From Candidatus Peribacteria bacterium (GTDB lineage: Bacteria > Patescibacteriota > Gracilibacteria > Peribacterales > Peribacteraceae), in contig JAHFJR010000002.1 in NCBI GenBank assembly GCA_023245775.1, forward strand, positions 1,902 through 65,901: 64,000 nucleotides of DNA. The letters run 5' to 3'. The position numbers and the translations under genes are program-made. Under the pieces are notes generated by a model. That model ran no database searches, was not told where the DNA came from, and saw only the letters and a list, made by a program, of their open reading frames with translations. Positions within the stretch are counted from its first letter, which is position 1. Each line of letters starts with the position of its first letter. Shown here one piece after another: positions 9,113-18,408 of this stretch.

Positions 9113-12100
9113 GTGAAATCCTCCGACTTCGTCCATCTCCACTGTCACAGTACCTTCTCGCTCCTCGAGGCGGTGCCTTCCCCCGAAGAGATCATTCTCC
9201 GTGCCAAAGAACTTGGCCAGACTGCGGTGGCGCTTTCGGACAAGGGCTATACGTACGGCCTCATCGAGTTCTATAAAGCAGCGAAGGATCATGGCCTGAA
9301 GGCGATTCTCGGACTCGAGACCTACGTCGCCGCTCGCACGAGACATGACAAAGAGAGCTCCAGCGATACCCGTCGCTCTCCATTGGTCCTCCTCGCAGAG
9401 ACCGAAGAAGGGTACCACAACCTCCTCCAGCTCGCGACGAAAGCTGCGCTCGAGGGCATGTACTACAAGCCGCGTGTCGATACCGAACTTCTGAAACAGT
9501 ACGGCAAGGGGCTCATCGCCCTCACGGGGCCGTTGAGTGGTGCGATCCCGCAAGCGGCACTCGCCGGAGATGATCAGCGAGTGAAGATGCTCCTTGAGCA
9601 GTATCGATCTTTCTTTGGTTCTGAGAATGTCTACTTCGAGCTGAATGATCTACCGAATGTGCCAGGACAATCCGAAACCAATCAGCAACTCATCCGCTAT
9701 GCGAAAGAATTCTCGGTGCCGCTCGTGGCCACGTGCAACAGTCACTACTGCAGACCGGAAGACAGCGAAGCGCACGATGTCCTCCTGTGTATCCAGAAGA
9801 ACGCAAGCGTCACCGACACGAGTCGATTTTCGATGATGGGGAGCGATTTCTCGATGCGTCCGTTCGAGGAGATGGAGACAGCATTTGCCCACGTACCCGA
9901 GGCACTGGAGAATACGCGGGTCATCGCGGATCGGTGCAGCGTGAAGATTCCCTTCGGTCAGTACAAGATCCCCAGTTTCCCCGTGCAGGAAGGGCAAACG
10001 GAAGAGTCGCTCCTGAAGAGTCTGTGTGACACAGGTCTCGAGCGGCGGTATGGGGCGATCCTGAAAAAAAGCCCCGAGCGCACACAGGAAATTCAGTCTC
10101 GTCTTGCCTACGAACTCGAGGTCATCAAGAAAATGGGATTCTCTGGATACTTCCTCATCGTTGCTGACTTCATCTGCGAAGCGAAGAAGCGCGGCATCAC
10201 CGTCGGTCCAGGGCGCGGATCGGCAGCGGGATCCATCGTGAGTTACGTGCTCGATATCACCACACTTGATCCGCTAGAGCACGGTCTTCTCTTCGAGAGA
10301 TTCCTCAACCCCGAGCGTATCAGCATGCCGGATATCGATATCGACTTCGCTGACACACGTCGAGATGAAGTCCTCGAATACGTACGTGGGAAGTACGGTG
10401 CCGATCGCGTCATCCAGATCTGCACGTTCGGGACGCTCGCGGCACGCGCTGCCGTGAAAGATGTTGGCCGTGCATTCGGCGTGTCCTTCGCCGAGATGAA
10501 TGCGCTTGCAAAATTGATTCCAGATCGCCCCGGTACGACCCTCGAGGAGGCTCTCAGCACCGACGAACTGCAGCAGGAAATTGGTAGCAACGAGACCTAC
10601 CGCAAGATTCTGGAGATTGCACTGAAGCTCGAAGGCAAGGCGCGTCACGTGTCGGTCCATGCATGTGGTGTCGTCATCACACCCGAACCGGCAGTGCAGT
10701 ACACCGCGCTCCAGCGTGCGCCGAAGGATGAGAACACCATCATCACCCAGTACGACGCGAAGCCGCTCGAATCGCTCGGCCTTCTGAAGATGGACTTCCT
10801 CGGCCTCAAGAACCTGACGATCATCCAGACGGCTCTCCTCATCATCGAGCGTATGCACAGCGTGAAGATCGACATGGCAACGATCCCAACGAACGACAGA
10901 AAGACGTTCGAACTCCTCTCGCGCGGCGAAACGACGGGGGTGTTTCAACTCGAGTCCGCTGGGATGCGGCGGTATCTGAAGCAACTGAAGCCTACTGCCT
11001 TCGACGACATCACCGCCATGGTCTCGCTCTATCGGCCTGGTCCGATGGACAAGATCCCCGACTACATCAAGTGCAAGAATGGCCAGAAGGATGTCTCGTA
11101 CCTGCATCCCGATCTCGAGTCGATCCTGAAGCCGACGTACGGAGTGGGCATCTATCAGGAGCAGATTCTGGAGATGGCGCGCGTCTTTGCGGGTTTCTCC
11201 CTCGGGGAAGCCGACTTGCTGCGTCGGGCCATCGGCAAGAAGATCAAGAAGGAACTGAATGCACAACGTGAGAAATTCATCCGCGGAGCGGTCGCTCGTG
11301 GATACAAGGAGAAACTCGTGACGACGATGTTCGACGACGTCATCACACCGTTCGCGGGATACGGGTTCAACAAATCACACGGAGCGTGTTATGCGCGCAT
11401 CGCGTACGAAACAGCGTACCTGAAGGCGCACTATCCGACGGATTTCATGGCCGCACTCCTCAGTAGTGAGGACGGTGACACCGACCGCATCAGCATCGAG
11501 ATCGAAGAGGCGCGCGCGATGGGGATCGCGGTGCTGCCGCCGGATATCAACGAATCCCTCGCGCACTTCACGTCGCTCGAGGGCGGCAAGATCCGCTTCG
11601 GCCTCCTCGGCATCAAGGGAGTGGGCGAGAGTTCCATCCGTCAGATCCTGGCCATTCGCGACGGAGTAGATGGGAAACATCGGGCACCTTTTACGAGCAT
11701 CGAAGATCTCGCCATGCGCGTGCCGAGTAAACTGCTCAACAAGAAATTGCTGGAGTCTCTGGCGAAGTCAGGAGCCTTCGACTCACTCGGAGAACGAGCG
11801 ATGCTTGTCTCCCAGTATGACAAGATCGCCGACTGCAGCAAATCCACGTGTGACAGAGGCGCTTCGCAGGCCGATCTCTTCGAGTCTCTTGGGGGTGGCT
11901 CTGCGAATGCTTCCATCGCCTTCGATCCTACGGATCCCGCAAGTCCCCACCAGAAATTGATGTGGGAGAAGGAGACGCTGGGGCTCTATGTCAGCAGCCA
12001 TCCGCTTGCAGGACTCAGGAAGTACATCAGCAAGAAGGCGAGACTCATCGAGACACTCACGGGTGATGACATCAACAGGAAGGTGACGGTGGCTGGCATC

Positions 12101-12937
12101 AGAGAGCAGATGAAACTGATCCATACGAAGAAGGGGGACACGATGGCGATCATCACGATCGAAGATCCCACCGGTCGCATGGAGGTGACGCTGTTCCCGC
12201 GAGTCTATGCCCAGTTCAAAGATCTCCTCGAGAAGCCAGATTCCTTCCTCGTACTCGCAGGCATGCTCGATATGCGTATGGGGCAGCCACAGTTGAAAGC
12301 GGAGGCGATCAAACGTGTCTCCCTCGAGACGATGGTGCAGAAGGCCAAGCAGGAAGGCATGTTCCATGAAGAGGAGACGAAGAACTGGAGTAGTGCCGGC
12401 AGTCGTCGCCATGGAGAAGAGGAGATCCCAGCAACGGTAGAGACGGGCGCGGATGAAGAGATCGCTCCCACCATCGTTCCAAGGTCTCCTGTCATGGCAT
12501 CCCCCTCAGAGAGCCCTCTCGGCCCGCTCGCGGCGTGGATTCAGAGCGGCATGCAGACAGAAGAATCCCTGAAGAAGGTCGGGCTGGAAGGATATGTAGT
12601 GAAAGACGGAAAGTTGAAAGTGCCTGCCTGCCGGACAGGCAGGGAAAGTGAGGATGGAACTGTCAACCTTCCACTGTCCCCGTCCGACCGCATCCGGGCG
12701 GGCACTGTCCACAAGCAGTTTTCCATTTCCATCCACACCATCACACTCCCATCCCGCGCACCGAAACAACTCCTCCTCGATGTGAAGTCGATCTTCGAGA
12801 CATTCCCCGGCTCCGAGAAGGTGCAGCTGAAGATCGGAGAGAAAGATGTGCCGGTGGGACTCACGATCACCATGTCTCCCTTGCTTGAAAAACGCATCGA
12901 AGAGGCGGTGAAGAAGTACGGAGAAGTGGAGAGTTGA
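9113..12937 (+). CDS. dnaE: DNA polymerase III alpha subunit
   Basis: PHP motif FVHLHCHSTFSLL, GPGRGSAAGS, SMPDIDIDF, KMDFLGL, YGFNKSH and an OB fold. Confidence 0.97.
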   Translation: MKSSDFVHLHCHSTFSLLEAVPSPEEIILRAKELGQTAVALSDKGYTYGLIEFYKAAKDHGLKAILGLETYVAARTRHDKESSSDTRRSPLVLLAETEEGYHNLLQLATKAALEGMYYKPRVDTELLKQYGKGLIALTGPLSGAIPQAALAGDDQRVKMLLEQYRSFFGSENVYFELNDLPNVPGQSETNQQLIRYAKEFSVPLVATCNSHYCRPEDSEAHDVLLCIQKNASVTDTSRFSMMGSDFSMRPFEEMETAFAHVPEALENTRVIADRCSVKIPFGQYKIPSFPVQEGQTEESLLKSLCDTGLERRYGAILKKSPERTQEIQSRLAYELEVIKKMGFSGYFLIVADFICEAKKRGITVGPGRGSAAGSIVSYVLDITTLDPLEHGLLFERFLNPERISMPDIDIDFADTRRDEVLEYVRGKYGADRVIQICTFGTLAARAAVKDVGRAFGVSFAEMNALAKLIPDRPGTTLEEALSTDELQQEIGSNETYRKILEIALKLEGKARHVSVHACGVVITPEPAVQYTALQRAPKDENTIITQYDAKPLESLGLLKMDFLGLKNLTIIQTALLIIERMHSVKIDMATIPTNDRKTFELLSRGETTGVFQLESAGMRRYLKQLKPTAFDDITAMVSLYRPGPMDKIPDYIKCKNGQKDVSYLHPDLESILKPTYGVGIYQEQILEMARVFAGFSLGEADLLRRAIGKKIKKELNAQREKFIRGAVARGYKEKLVTTMFDDVITPFAGYGFNKSHGACYARIAYETAYLKAHYPTDFMAALLSSEDGDTDRISIEIEEARAMGIAVLPPDINESLAHFTSLEGGKIRFGLLGIKGVGESSIRQILAIRDGVDGKHRAPFTSIEDLAMRVPSKLLNKKLLESLAKSGAFDSLGERAMLVSQYDKIADCSKSTCDRGASQADLFESLGGGSANASIAFDPTDPASPHQKLMWEKETLGLYVSSHPLAGLRKYISKKARLIETLTGDDINRKVTVAGIREQMKLIHTKKGDTMAIITIEDPTGRMEVTLFPRVYAQFKDLLEKPDSFLVLAGMLDMRMGQPQLKAEAIKRVSLETMVQKAKQEGMFHEEETKNWSSAGSRRHGEEEIPATVETGADEEIAPTIVPRSPVMASPSESPLGPLAAWIQSGMQTEESLKKVGLEGYVVKDGKLKVPACRTGRESEDGTVNLPLSPSDRIRAGTVHKQFSISIHTITLPSRAPKQLLLDVKSIFETFPGSEKVQLKIGEKDVPVGLTITMSPLLEKRIEEAVKKYGEVES
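12607..12711. repeat. Inverted heptamer tracts in the dnaE 3' region, each arm carrying a palindromic insert
   Basis: GAAAGTTGAAAGTG[CCTGCCTGCCGGACAGGCAGG 12623-12643]GAAAGTG ... TTCCACTGTC[CCCGTCCGACCGCATCCGGGCGGG 12679-12702]CACTGTCCAC. Confidence 0.8.
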
Positions 12938-12945
12938 GTTCTGCA

Positions 12946-13016
12946 GCGCGCCCAGAAAGGGCGCTCCAAAATACAGTGATAGAGAGATAAAATGGAGCGG
13001 GCATTCTTGCCCGCGT
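12946..13016. repeat. Inverted pair of GGAG-tagged REP-like hairpins
   Basis: GGAGCGCCCTTTCTGGGCGCGC (minus, 12946-12967) and GGAGCGGGCATTCTTGCCCGCGT (plus, 12994-13016). The second is identical to 48072-48094. Confidence 0.75.
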
Positions 13017-13053
13017 CGTTCGATTTTTCCTTTTCTTCGTTCATACTGCAGTC

Positions 13054-13755
13054 ATGCACATTCTCCCCGAATCTCCGGAAGCCATTGATGCTGCTCTGAC
13101 CGTCCTGCAGTCGGGCGGCATCGTCATCCATGCGACGGAAACCTGCTACGGCATTGCGTGTGACCTTACGAATCCAAAAGCCGTTGAGAAATTATTCAGG
13201 GTGAAGAAACGACCACCCGATCAGCCCGTCAGCGCGTTATTCCCATCGATGTCCAAGGCTGAGGAGTATGTCGACTTCTCTCCGCGAGCCCTAGAGTTAG
13301 CCAAAAAGTATCTGCCGGGTCCACTGACGATCGTGCTTCCAAGCAAAGCAGATTCCCCCAACCTCTTCGTCATGCCCTCTCCCCCTGCCCCTCTCCCCGT
13401 CCGACCGCATCCGGGCGGGCCGTTCCGGGAGAGGGGTGACTCGTTCCCCTCTCCCCGAAGGGGGGAGGAGTTAGGGGTGGGGGCGACGATCGGCATTCGC
13501 ATTTCCTCCTTCCCTCTCGCGCAGATTCTGGCTTCGCGTTTTGGAAAACCGATGGCGACGACCTCAGCCAATCTTCATGGGCTGCCGAATCCTTACAGTG
13601 TTGCCGATATCCAGTTGCAGTTAGCAGACCAACAGCATCTTCCGGATCTCTTCATCGATAGCGGATCGCTCCCGATCGCTCCTCCATCGACCGTGATCGA
13701 AGTCATCGGTCAAGAGCTTAGAGTCCTGCGAAAAGGGGAAATTGCTATATATTAG
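13054..13755 (+). CDS. tsaC: L-threonylcarbamoyladenylate synthase (Sua5/YrdC family) with a palindrome-derived insertion
   Basis: TETCYGI, KKRP, PGPLTIVL, IGIRI, TTSAN and PSTVI motifs. Confidence 0.92.
   Translation: MHILPESPEAIDAALTVLQSGGIVIHATETCYGIACDLTNPKAVEKLFRVKKRPPDQPVSALFPSMSKAEEYVDFSPRALELAKKYLPGPLTIVLPSKADSPNLFVMPSPPAPLPVRPHPGGPFRERGDSFPSPRRGEELGVGATIGIRISSFPLAQILASRFGKPMATTSANLHGLPNPYSVADIQLQLADQQHLPDLFIDSGSLPIAPPSTVIEVIGQELRVLRKGEIAIY
13374..13484. repeat. CCCCTCTCCC-type double-hairpin element inserted in frame in tsaC, with a nested 24-nt palindrome
   Basis: 111 nt with inverted ends. The nested 13396-13419 is identical to 12679-12702. Confidence 0.85.
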
Positions 13756-13770
13756 AAATAATGTTATAAT
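13742..13770 (+). promoter_or_regulatory. Sigma70-type promoter
   Basis: TTGCTA-17 nt-TATAAT, with ATG at 13778. Confidence 0.7.
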
Positions 13771-13777
13771 AGTAAAT

Positions 13778-14656
13778 ATGATGTCATATGAAGGGAATCT
13801 GGCTCGTCAGGAGGCTGCAGATAAGGCGGCACAGGAGATTGCCGGTTCTTTCCACGCCATTGAACCTATCCGTGAGGAGACGGGAGGCGAGATCTTCGCC
13901 CTGATGAGTGACAACAGGGATCAGCAGGCAATCATAGAAAAAGCGACCGCACTGAGAGTTCTGTTTAAGAGCCTGTCGTATGGCGATTACTGTATCCTGG
14001 AGAGTGCTCTTCAACGTGCCGATAAACATACTGATTTCTCTCTGGAGAGAGCCGATGGAACTCCGGCCCTTCAGCAAATCTATGATCTCCTAGGAGATCT
14101 CCAATCCAACGTACGTTCGGAAAGGTTTCTGAATGACGCACTCCTTCTCCTCCGCATATCGTTCCCGCTTGGCAAGAATGTCGTGAATGCATCGATGCAA
14201 GAGGACCCGCAACATCCCCTCAGTCTGGATGCTGGGAGACCTTGCAGTGTACAACATGCGACCATGAACGTGCAGCTTTCTCCGGAAGGCGATGACACCA
14301 CACGCATTACCGTTTCTTCGGAATCTCCCGATACGCGTTCCTGTCTTCTCTCCGAAGGGCAGACGATCATTCTCGGGCGCAAACTCGTGATGAATAGCTG
14401 TTTTGGTGTCAACATGGGCGACGGAATAACCATGCTGGTCTCGTTGCCCGTATCGGACAAGTTCGTATCGCGTGGCGCGGTGCTGATCGGTCGTCACCAC
14501 GGGAGGATCTTCATCTTCGATCGTGGCGCGCGTAACAGTATCAGCGCAACACAGCAGGACCTCAGAGTCGAGTATGACCCGAATGCCGAGAACCCGAATG
14601 GCAGTCTCGGTCAGAGCATCGTCAGCTACGGGTCAGATGCGGCATTTGGTGTATGA
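13778..14656 (+). CDS. Hypothetical protein with a C-terminal FHA-like domain
   Basis: IILGR...FVSRGAVLI...IFDRGARN resembles the FHA G-R / S-R / N pattern, but the conserved His is missing. Confidence 0.6.
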   Translation: MMSYEGNLARQEAADKAAQEIAGSFHAIEPIREETGGEIFALMSDNRDQQAIIEKATALRVLFKSLSYGDYCILESALQRADKHTDFSLERADGTPALQQIYDLLGDLQSNVRSERFLNDALLLLRISFPLGKNVVNASMQEDPQHPLSLDAGRPCSVQHATMNVQLSPEGDDTTRITVSSESPDTRSCLLSEGQTIILGRKLVMNSCFGVNMGDGITMLVSLPVSDKFVSRGAVLIGRHHGRIFIFDRGARNSISATQQDLRVEYDPNAENPNGSLGQSIVSYGSDAAFGV

Positions 14657-14669
14657 TTCGCCCAATCTC

Positions 14670-15116
14670 ATGCGCTGCCCCCGCTGCAAATCCGAAGACA
14701 CCGCCGTGATCGACTCCCGTCTTGCAGAAGACGGGCGCGCCATCAGACGTCGGCGCGAGTGTGGCAAGTGTGAGCATCGTTTCACGACGTTCGAGCGTCA
14801 GGAATTGGCGTCACTCATTGTTGTCAAGCGGGACGGCACGCGTGAGCCCTACAGCCGCACCAAGTTGGAGCGCGGCATCTGGATCGCCTGCACGAAGCGG
14901 CCGGTGTCCCAGAAGGACATCGACAAGATGCTCAGTGATCTCGAGGAGAAATGGGGCAAGAATAAAGAAGAAGTGGAAAGTTCCACAATCGGAAGCGACG
15001 TGATGAATGCACTCGCGAAGCTCGACAAGGTGGCCTACATCCGCTTCGCCTCGGTGCATCGCGAATTCAAGGATGTCGCCGAGTTCAAGGAGGAGCTTGG
15101 GAGATTGTTTAAGTAG
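14670..15116 (+). CDS. nrdR: Transcriptional repressor NrdR
   Basis: MRCPRC, VIDSR, IRRRREC..C..RFTTFE, ATP cone, VAYIRFASV. Confidence 0.96.
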   Translation: MRCPRCKSEDTAVIDSRLAEDGRAIRRRRECGKCEHRFTTFERQELASLIVVKRDGTREPYSRTKLERGIWIACTKRPVSQKDIDKMLSDLEEKWGKNKEEVESSTIGSDVMNALAKLDKVAYIRFASVHREFKDVAEFKEELGRLFK

Positions 15117-15118
15117 AG

Positions 15119-15258
15119 CAGCCCTCACTCCGGCGCTGATGCGCCACCTCTCTCCATAAAAATGGAGAGAGGATGTCTAGGAATGAACTCGTATTGTTAT
15201 GGAACGCGGGCCCCCTCCTCTCCATTTTTATGGAGAGGAGGTTGGGAGGTGAGGGCTG
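15119..15258. repeat. About 140-bp palindromic element (MITE/REP-like), intergenic
   Basis: Ends CAGCCCTCAC...GTGAGGGCTG, with internal hairpins CCTCTCTCCAT-AAAA-ATGGAGAGAGG and CCTCCTCTCCAT-TTTT-ATGGAGAGGAGG. A near-identical copy lies at 42524-42650. Confidence 0.9.
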
Positions 15259-15309
15259 TACCAGAAATTTTCTGTCAACTTCTGTTCTTTCTTCCGCTAT
15301 CCTCCTCCC

Positions 15310-17073
15310 ATGCTCCGTACCCATACTTGCGGCGAACTCACGGCAGAACACGTTGGCAAAGAGGCGACGGTCTGTGGCTGGGTGAATACACGCAGAGACC
15401 ACGGCGGGCTCATTTTCCTCGATGTGCGCGATCGCTACGGGCTCACGCAGGTCGTGTTCCATCCCGAGACGGACGAGACAGTCTTCGCCCTCGCTGAATC
15501 CGTGCGACCCGAGTGGGTTCTTCAGTTGAGCGGTATCGTCTCCAAGCGTCTCAAGGGAACGGAGAACCTCAGGATGCCGACCGGGGAGATCGAGCTGGTC
15601 GTCTCGAAACTCGAAGTGCTGAGTCGAGCGAAGACCCCTCCGTTTGAGATTGATTCGCAGAAGCCTGTCAACGAAGAATTGCGTTTGCAATATCGTTATC
15701 TGGACCTTCGGAGGGCTCAGATGCAACGAAATATTACATTGCGTTCTCGGGTGTTCCAGATCATCAGGAAATATTTCACGGAGCAGAACTGTCTCGAGAT
15801 CGACACCCCGTGCCTCATCAAGGGTACGCCGGAAGGTGCTCGCGAATACATCGTCCCGTCGCGCGTGTATCCCGGCACGTTCTTCGTTCTCCCGCAGAGT
15901 CCCCAGCAACTCAAGCAACTCTGCATGGTCGGCGGGCTGGATAGGTACTTCCAGATCGCACGCTGTTTCCGCGACGAAGACCTGCGTGGTGATCGGCAGC
16001 CCGAGTTCCTCCAGCTCGACTTCGAGATGAGTTTCTGTGAGCAGGCGGATGTGCAGAAGATCGTGCAGGGGTCGATCGAGCAGATCATCGCTCAGTGCAG
16101 CAGCAAGAAACTGAAGTGGGGAAAAGTCGGCAGCTTCACATGGCAATTCGTGACGGATACGTACGGTTCCGATAAGCCCGATCTGCGGTACGATCTGCCG
16201 ATCGTCGATGTCTCGGAGATCGCGGCAGGTTGCGGTTTCAAGGTGTTCGAGGAAGCACTGAAACTCAAGAATGGGGTCGTCAGGGCTCTTCGCGTTCCGG
16301 GAGGAGCCGTGCTTGCTCGCAGCGAGATCGACACGTGGACGGAGCTTGCGAAGGAGCTCAAGGCTAGGGGACTTGCCTACATTCTCTTCAAGGAAGATGG
16401 ACCCCAGTCCCCGCTTCTCAAATTCTTCAAGGACGGGTTCCTAGGTCAGCTCATCCAGAGAACCGGAGCGAAGACGGGTGATGCACTGTTCTTCGGCGCC
16501 GATACGGTGAAGATTGTCTGCGCCGCCCTCGGTCGGATTCGAAGCGAGTCCGCAAAGCGATTCACTCTCATCGACGAGAAGACGCACGCACTCTTCTGGG
16601 TGACGGACTTCCCGATGTTCGAAGAGAACGATGACGGTTCGCTCACGTTCTCACATCACCCGTTCACCAGTCCGAACGTCGATGAGTGGAAGCATCGGAA
16701 GGAGGAACCCCTCAAGGTGCACTCCGTCTGTTACGACCTCGTGCTCGATGGGTACGAACTCGGTTCCGGTTCCATCCGTATCCACGATCCTGTGCTGCAG
16801 TCTCAGGTCTTCGACATGCTCGGCATTTCCCCAGAAGATCAGCAGAAACGCTTCGGCCATATGCTGAATGCATTCGAGTACGGCGCGCCTCCCCACGGCG
16901 GCTTTGCGTATGGCATCGATCGCGTCGTGATGATCCTCGCTGGTGAGCCGAACATTCGCGAAGTGACGCCGTTTCCAAAGGACCAGAAGGCAAAAGATCT
17001 GATGCTCGGAGCTCCGGCTCCCGTGCCTGCAGAGCAGTTGAAAGAACTACAGCTTTCCCTCGATCAGGAGTAG
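15310..17073 (+). CDS. aspS: Aspartate-tRNA ligase, possibly the non-discriminating type
   Basis: MLRTHTCGEL, RDHGGLIF, LPQSPQ, CFRDEDLRGDRQPEF, GAPPHGG. Confidence 0.97.
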   Translation: MLRTHTCGELTAEHVGKEATVCGWVNTRRDHGGLIFLDVRDRYGLTQVVFHPETDETVFALAESVRPEWVLQLSGIVSKRLKGTENLRMPTGEIELVVSKLEVLSRAKTPPFEIDSQKPVNEELRLQYRYLDLRRAQMQRNITLRSRVFQIIRKYFTEQNCLEIDTPCLIKGTPEGAREYIVPSRVYPGTFFVLPQSPQQLKQLCMVGGLDRYFQIARCFRDEDLRGDRQPEFLQLDFEMSFCEQADVQKIVQGSIEQIIAQCSSKKLKWGKVGSFTWQFVTDTYGSDKPDLRYDLPIVDVSEIAAGCGFKVFEEALKLKNGVVRALRVPGGAVLARSEIDTWTELAKELKARGLAYILFKEDGPQSPLLKFFKDGFLGQLIQRTGAKTGDALFFGADTVKIVCAALGRIRSESAKRFTLIDEKTHALFWVTDFPMFEENDDGSLTFSHHPFTSPNVDEWKHRKEEPLKVHSVCYDLVLDGYELGSGSIRIHDPVLQSQVFDMLGISPEDQQKRFGHMLNAFEYGAPPHGGFAYGIDRVVMILAGEPNIREVTPFPKDQKAKDLMLGAPAPVPAEQLKELQLSLDQE

Positions 17074-17105
17074 GGAAAATGGCAAGGGTATGCTATACTA
17101 CGAGG

Positions 17106-18038
17106 ATGTCTACGAATCCTCCTCCATCGACGGTCGGTACGGCGGGGGCTCCATCGGATGGTGGGCGTGAAGCCGCTCGAGTCGCTCGTCTGGGGAAGGA
17201 ACGTGCGGAGAGGGAAGCGAAGCTCCAGCAGCATTTGCGGGAGCAGCATGCAGAGGAGCAGCATAGAGCACAACGGGCGCTGGAACAGCGCTCGTTCGAT
17301 GCGTCCGATCACAAGAGAGCGCAGGAGGGATATCGCATCGAGATGCACGCTCGCCAGAGTGAAATGGAAGATCGGAAGCTTGCACAGGAGAAGGAGGAGA
17401 AGAGAGGTGTGGAGCAGAAGCATCGACGCGAAGAAGAGGTGAAGCGAGAGAAGAAGTACATGAGCAAGCTTCGTGAGTCAGGGGAACTGAAGATGGTTGA
17501 GCAACATCGTCAGAGCATGGTGAAGCGTGACTATGAAGCTGGCCGGCAGAATGCGATGATCAAATTGCAGGCCAAGTTGCAGATGGCGAAGCAGGCGGAG
17601 TCTGCCCACCTCGAGGAGATCGAACGTGAAGTGCGTGCACGCAAGGTTGTGATCGAAGGCGAGACCCACGCGGAGCTCTATCATCTGGAGGGCACGTATC
17701 GCATGCGGATCCATACACTGGAGAGTGAACTTGCTCGCGATACGGTGGGAGCACGAACAGGGAGTCTTCGTGAACAACAGCAGAAGCGCTCTGTTCTCGA
17801 AGCCGAAGTCCGCACCAAGCGTCAACGTGTTGACAGAGAAATCGAAGAGCAGAAACAGCAGATCGCGATGCACGATCGCACGAAGAAAAATTCCATCGAT
17901 TCCGATGCGCAGGTGAAGCGGATCGAGATCGCCGCCGAACACCAGCGTGCCAATCGTCTAGCGGAGCAGTGGTATGGTGACTGCCTCAACGAACTCAAGA
18001 GGGCGTACGATGAGCAGCACTCCAAACGAGGAGCATAA
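17106..18038 (+). CDS. Coiled-coil hypothetical protein
   Basis: E/R/Q/K-rich ORF. An extended -10 box (TGCTATACT) lies 6 nt before ATG 17106. Confidence 0.7.
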   Translation: MSTNPPPSTVGTAGAPSDGGREAARVARLGKERAEREAKLQQHLREQHAEEQHRAQRALEQRSFDASDHKRAQEGYRIEMHARQSEMEDRKLAQEKEEKRGVEQKHRREEEVKREKKYMSKLRESGELKMVEQHRQSMVKRDYEAGRQNAMIKLQAKLQMAKQAESAHLEEIEREVRARKVVIEGETHAELYHLEGTYRMRIHTLESELARDTVGARTGSLREQQQKRSVLEAEVRTKRQRVDREIEEQKQQIAMHDRTKKNSIDSDAQVKRIEIAAEHQRANRLAEQWYGDCLNELKRAYDEQHSKRGA

Positions 18039-18057
18039 CGCAGTACAATGATTGTAT

Positions 18058-18120
18058 GCCCAGGTGGCGAACCTGCCTCCCGGAGGGAGGATGGCAGACC
18101 TGCCTACCGGCAGGCGCGTC
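18058..18120 (+). pseudogene. tRNA-Leu 5' fragment interrupted by two palindromic inserts
   Basis: GCCCAGGTGGCGAA[cctgcctcccggagggagg]ATGGCAGA[cctgcctaccggcagg]CGCGTC. With the inserts removed it matches 25 of 28 nt of the tRNA start at 18373. Confidence 0.8.
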
Positions 18121-18141
18121 TTCCTTCCCTATTTCTCTTCT

Positions 18142-18408
18142 ATGTTTACAGTCTATGTGCTTCGTAGCCAAAAGCGAGAATATTGGTATGTAGGACTCAC
18201 TGCCAATCTTGAGCGTCGTGTTACTGAGCATCAGGATGGCAGAGAGCGTACGACAAAACCTTATCGTCCGTTTGATCTTGTACACACTGAAAATTTTACA
18301 ACTCGACCTGAAGCTCGAAAGAGAGAAAAATACTTAAAGTCAGGCTCTGGAAAAGAATGGTTAAAAACCCCTGCCGGGGTGGCGAAATGGCAGACGCATC
18401 AGCCTTAG
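18142..18408 (+). CDS. Short stand-alone GIY-YIG nuclease
   Basis: VYVL...YVGLTANLERRVTEH...EARKREKYLKSG. The last codons run into tRNA-Leu. Confidence 0.9.
   Translation: MFTVYVLRSQKREYWYVGLTANLERRVTEHQDGRERTTKPYRPFDLVHTENFTTRPEARKREKYLKSGSGKEWLKTPAGVAKWQTHQP

Noticed and set aside
9113..12937. Intein or intron in dnaE
   Set aside because: No splice-junction motifs or homing endonuclease domain; the extra length is C-terminal linker and repeat DNA.
15109..16146. Long antisense ORFs (also 10274-11266, 871-1689, 26652-27380)
   Set aside because: They are shadows of well-supported genes on the opposite strand in GC-rich DNA and carry no motifs.
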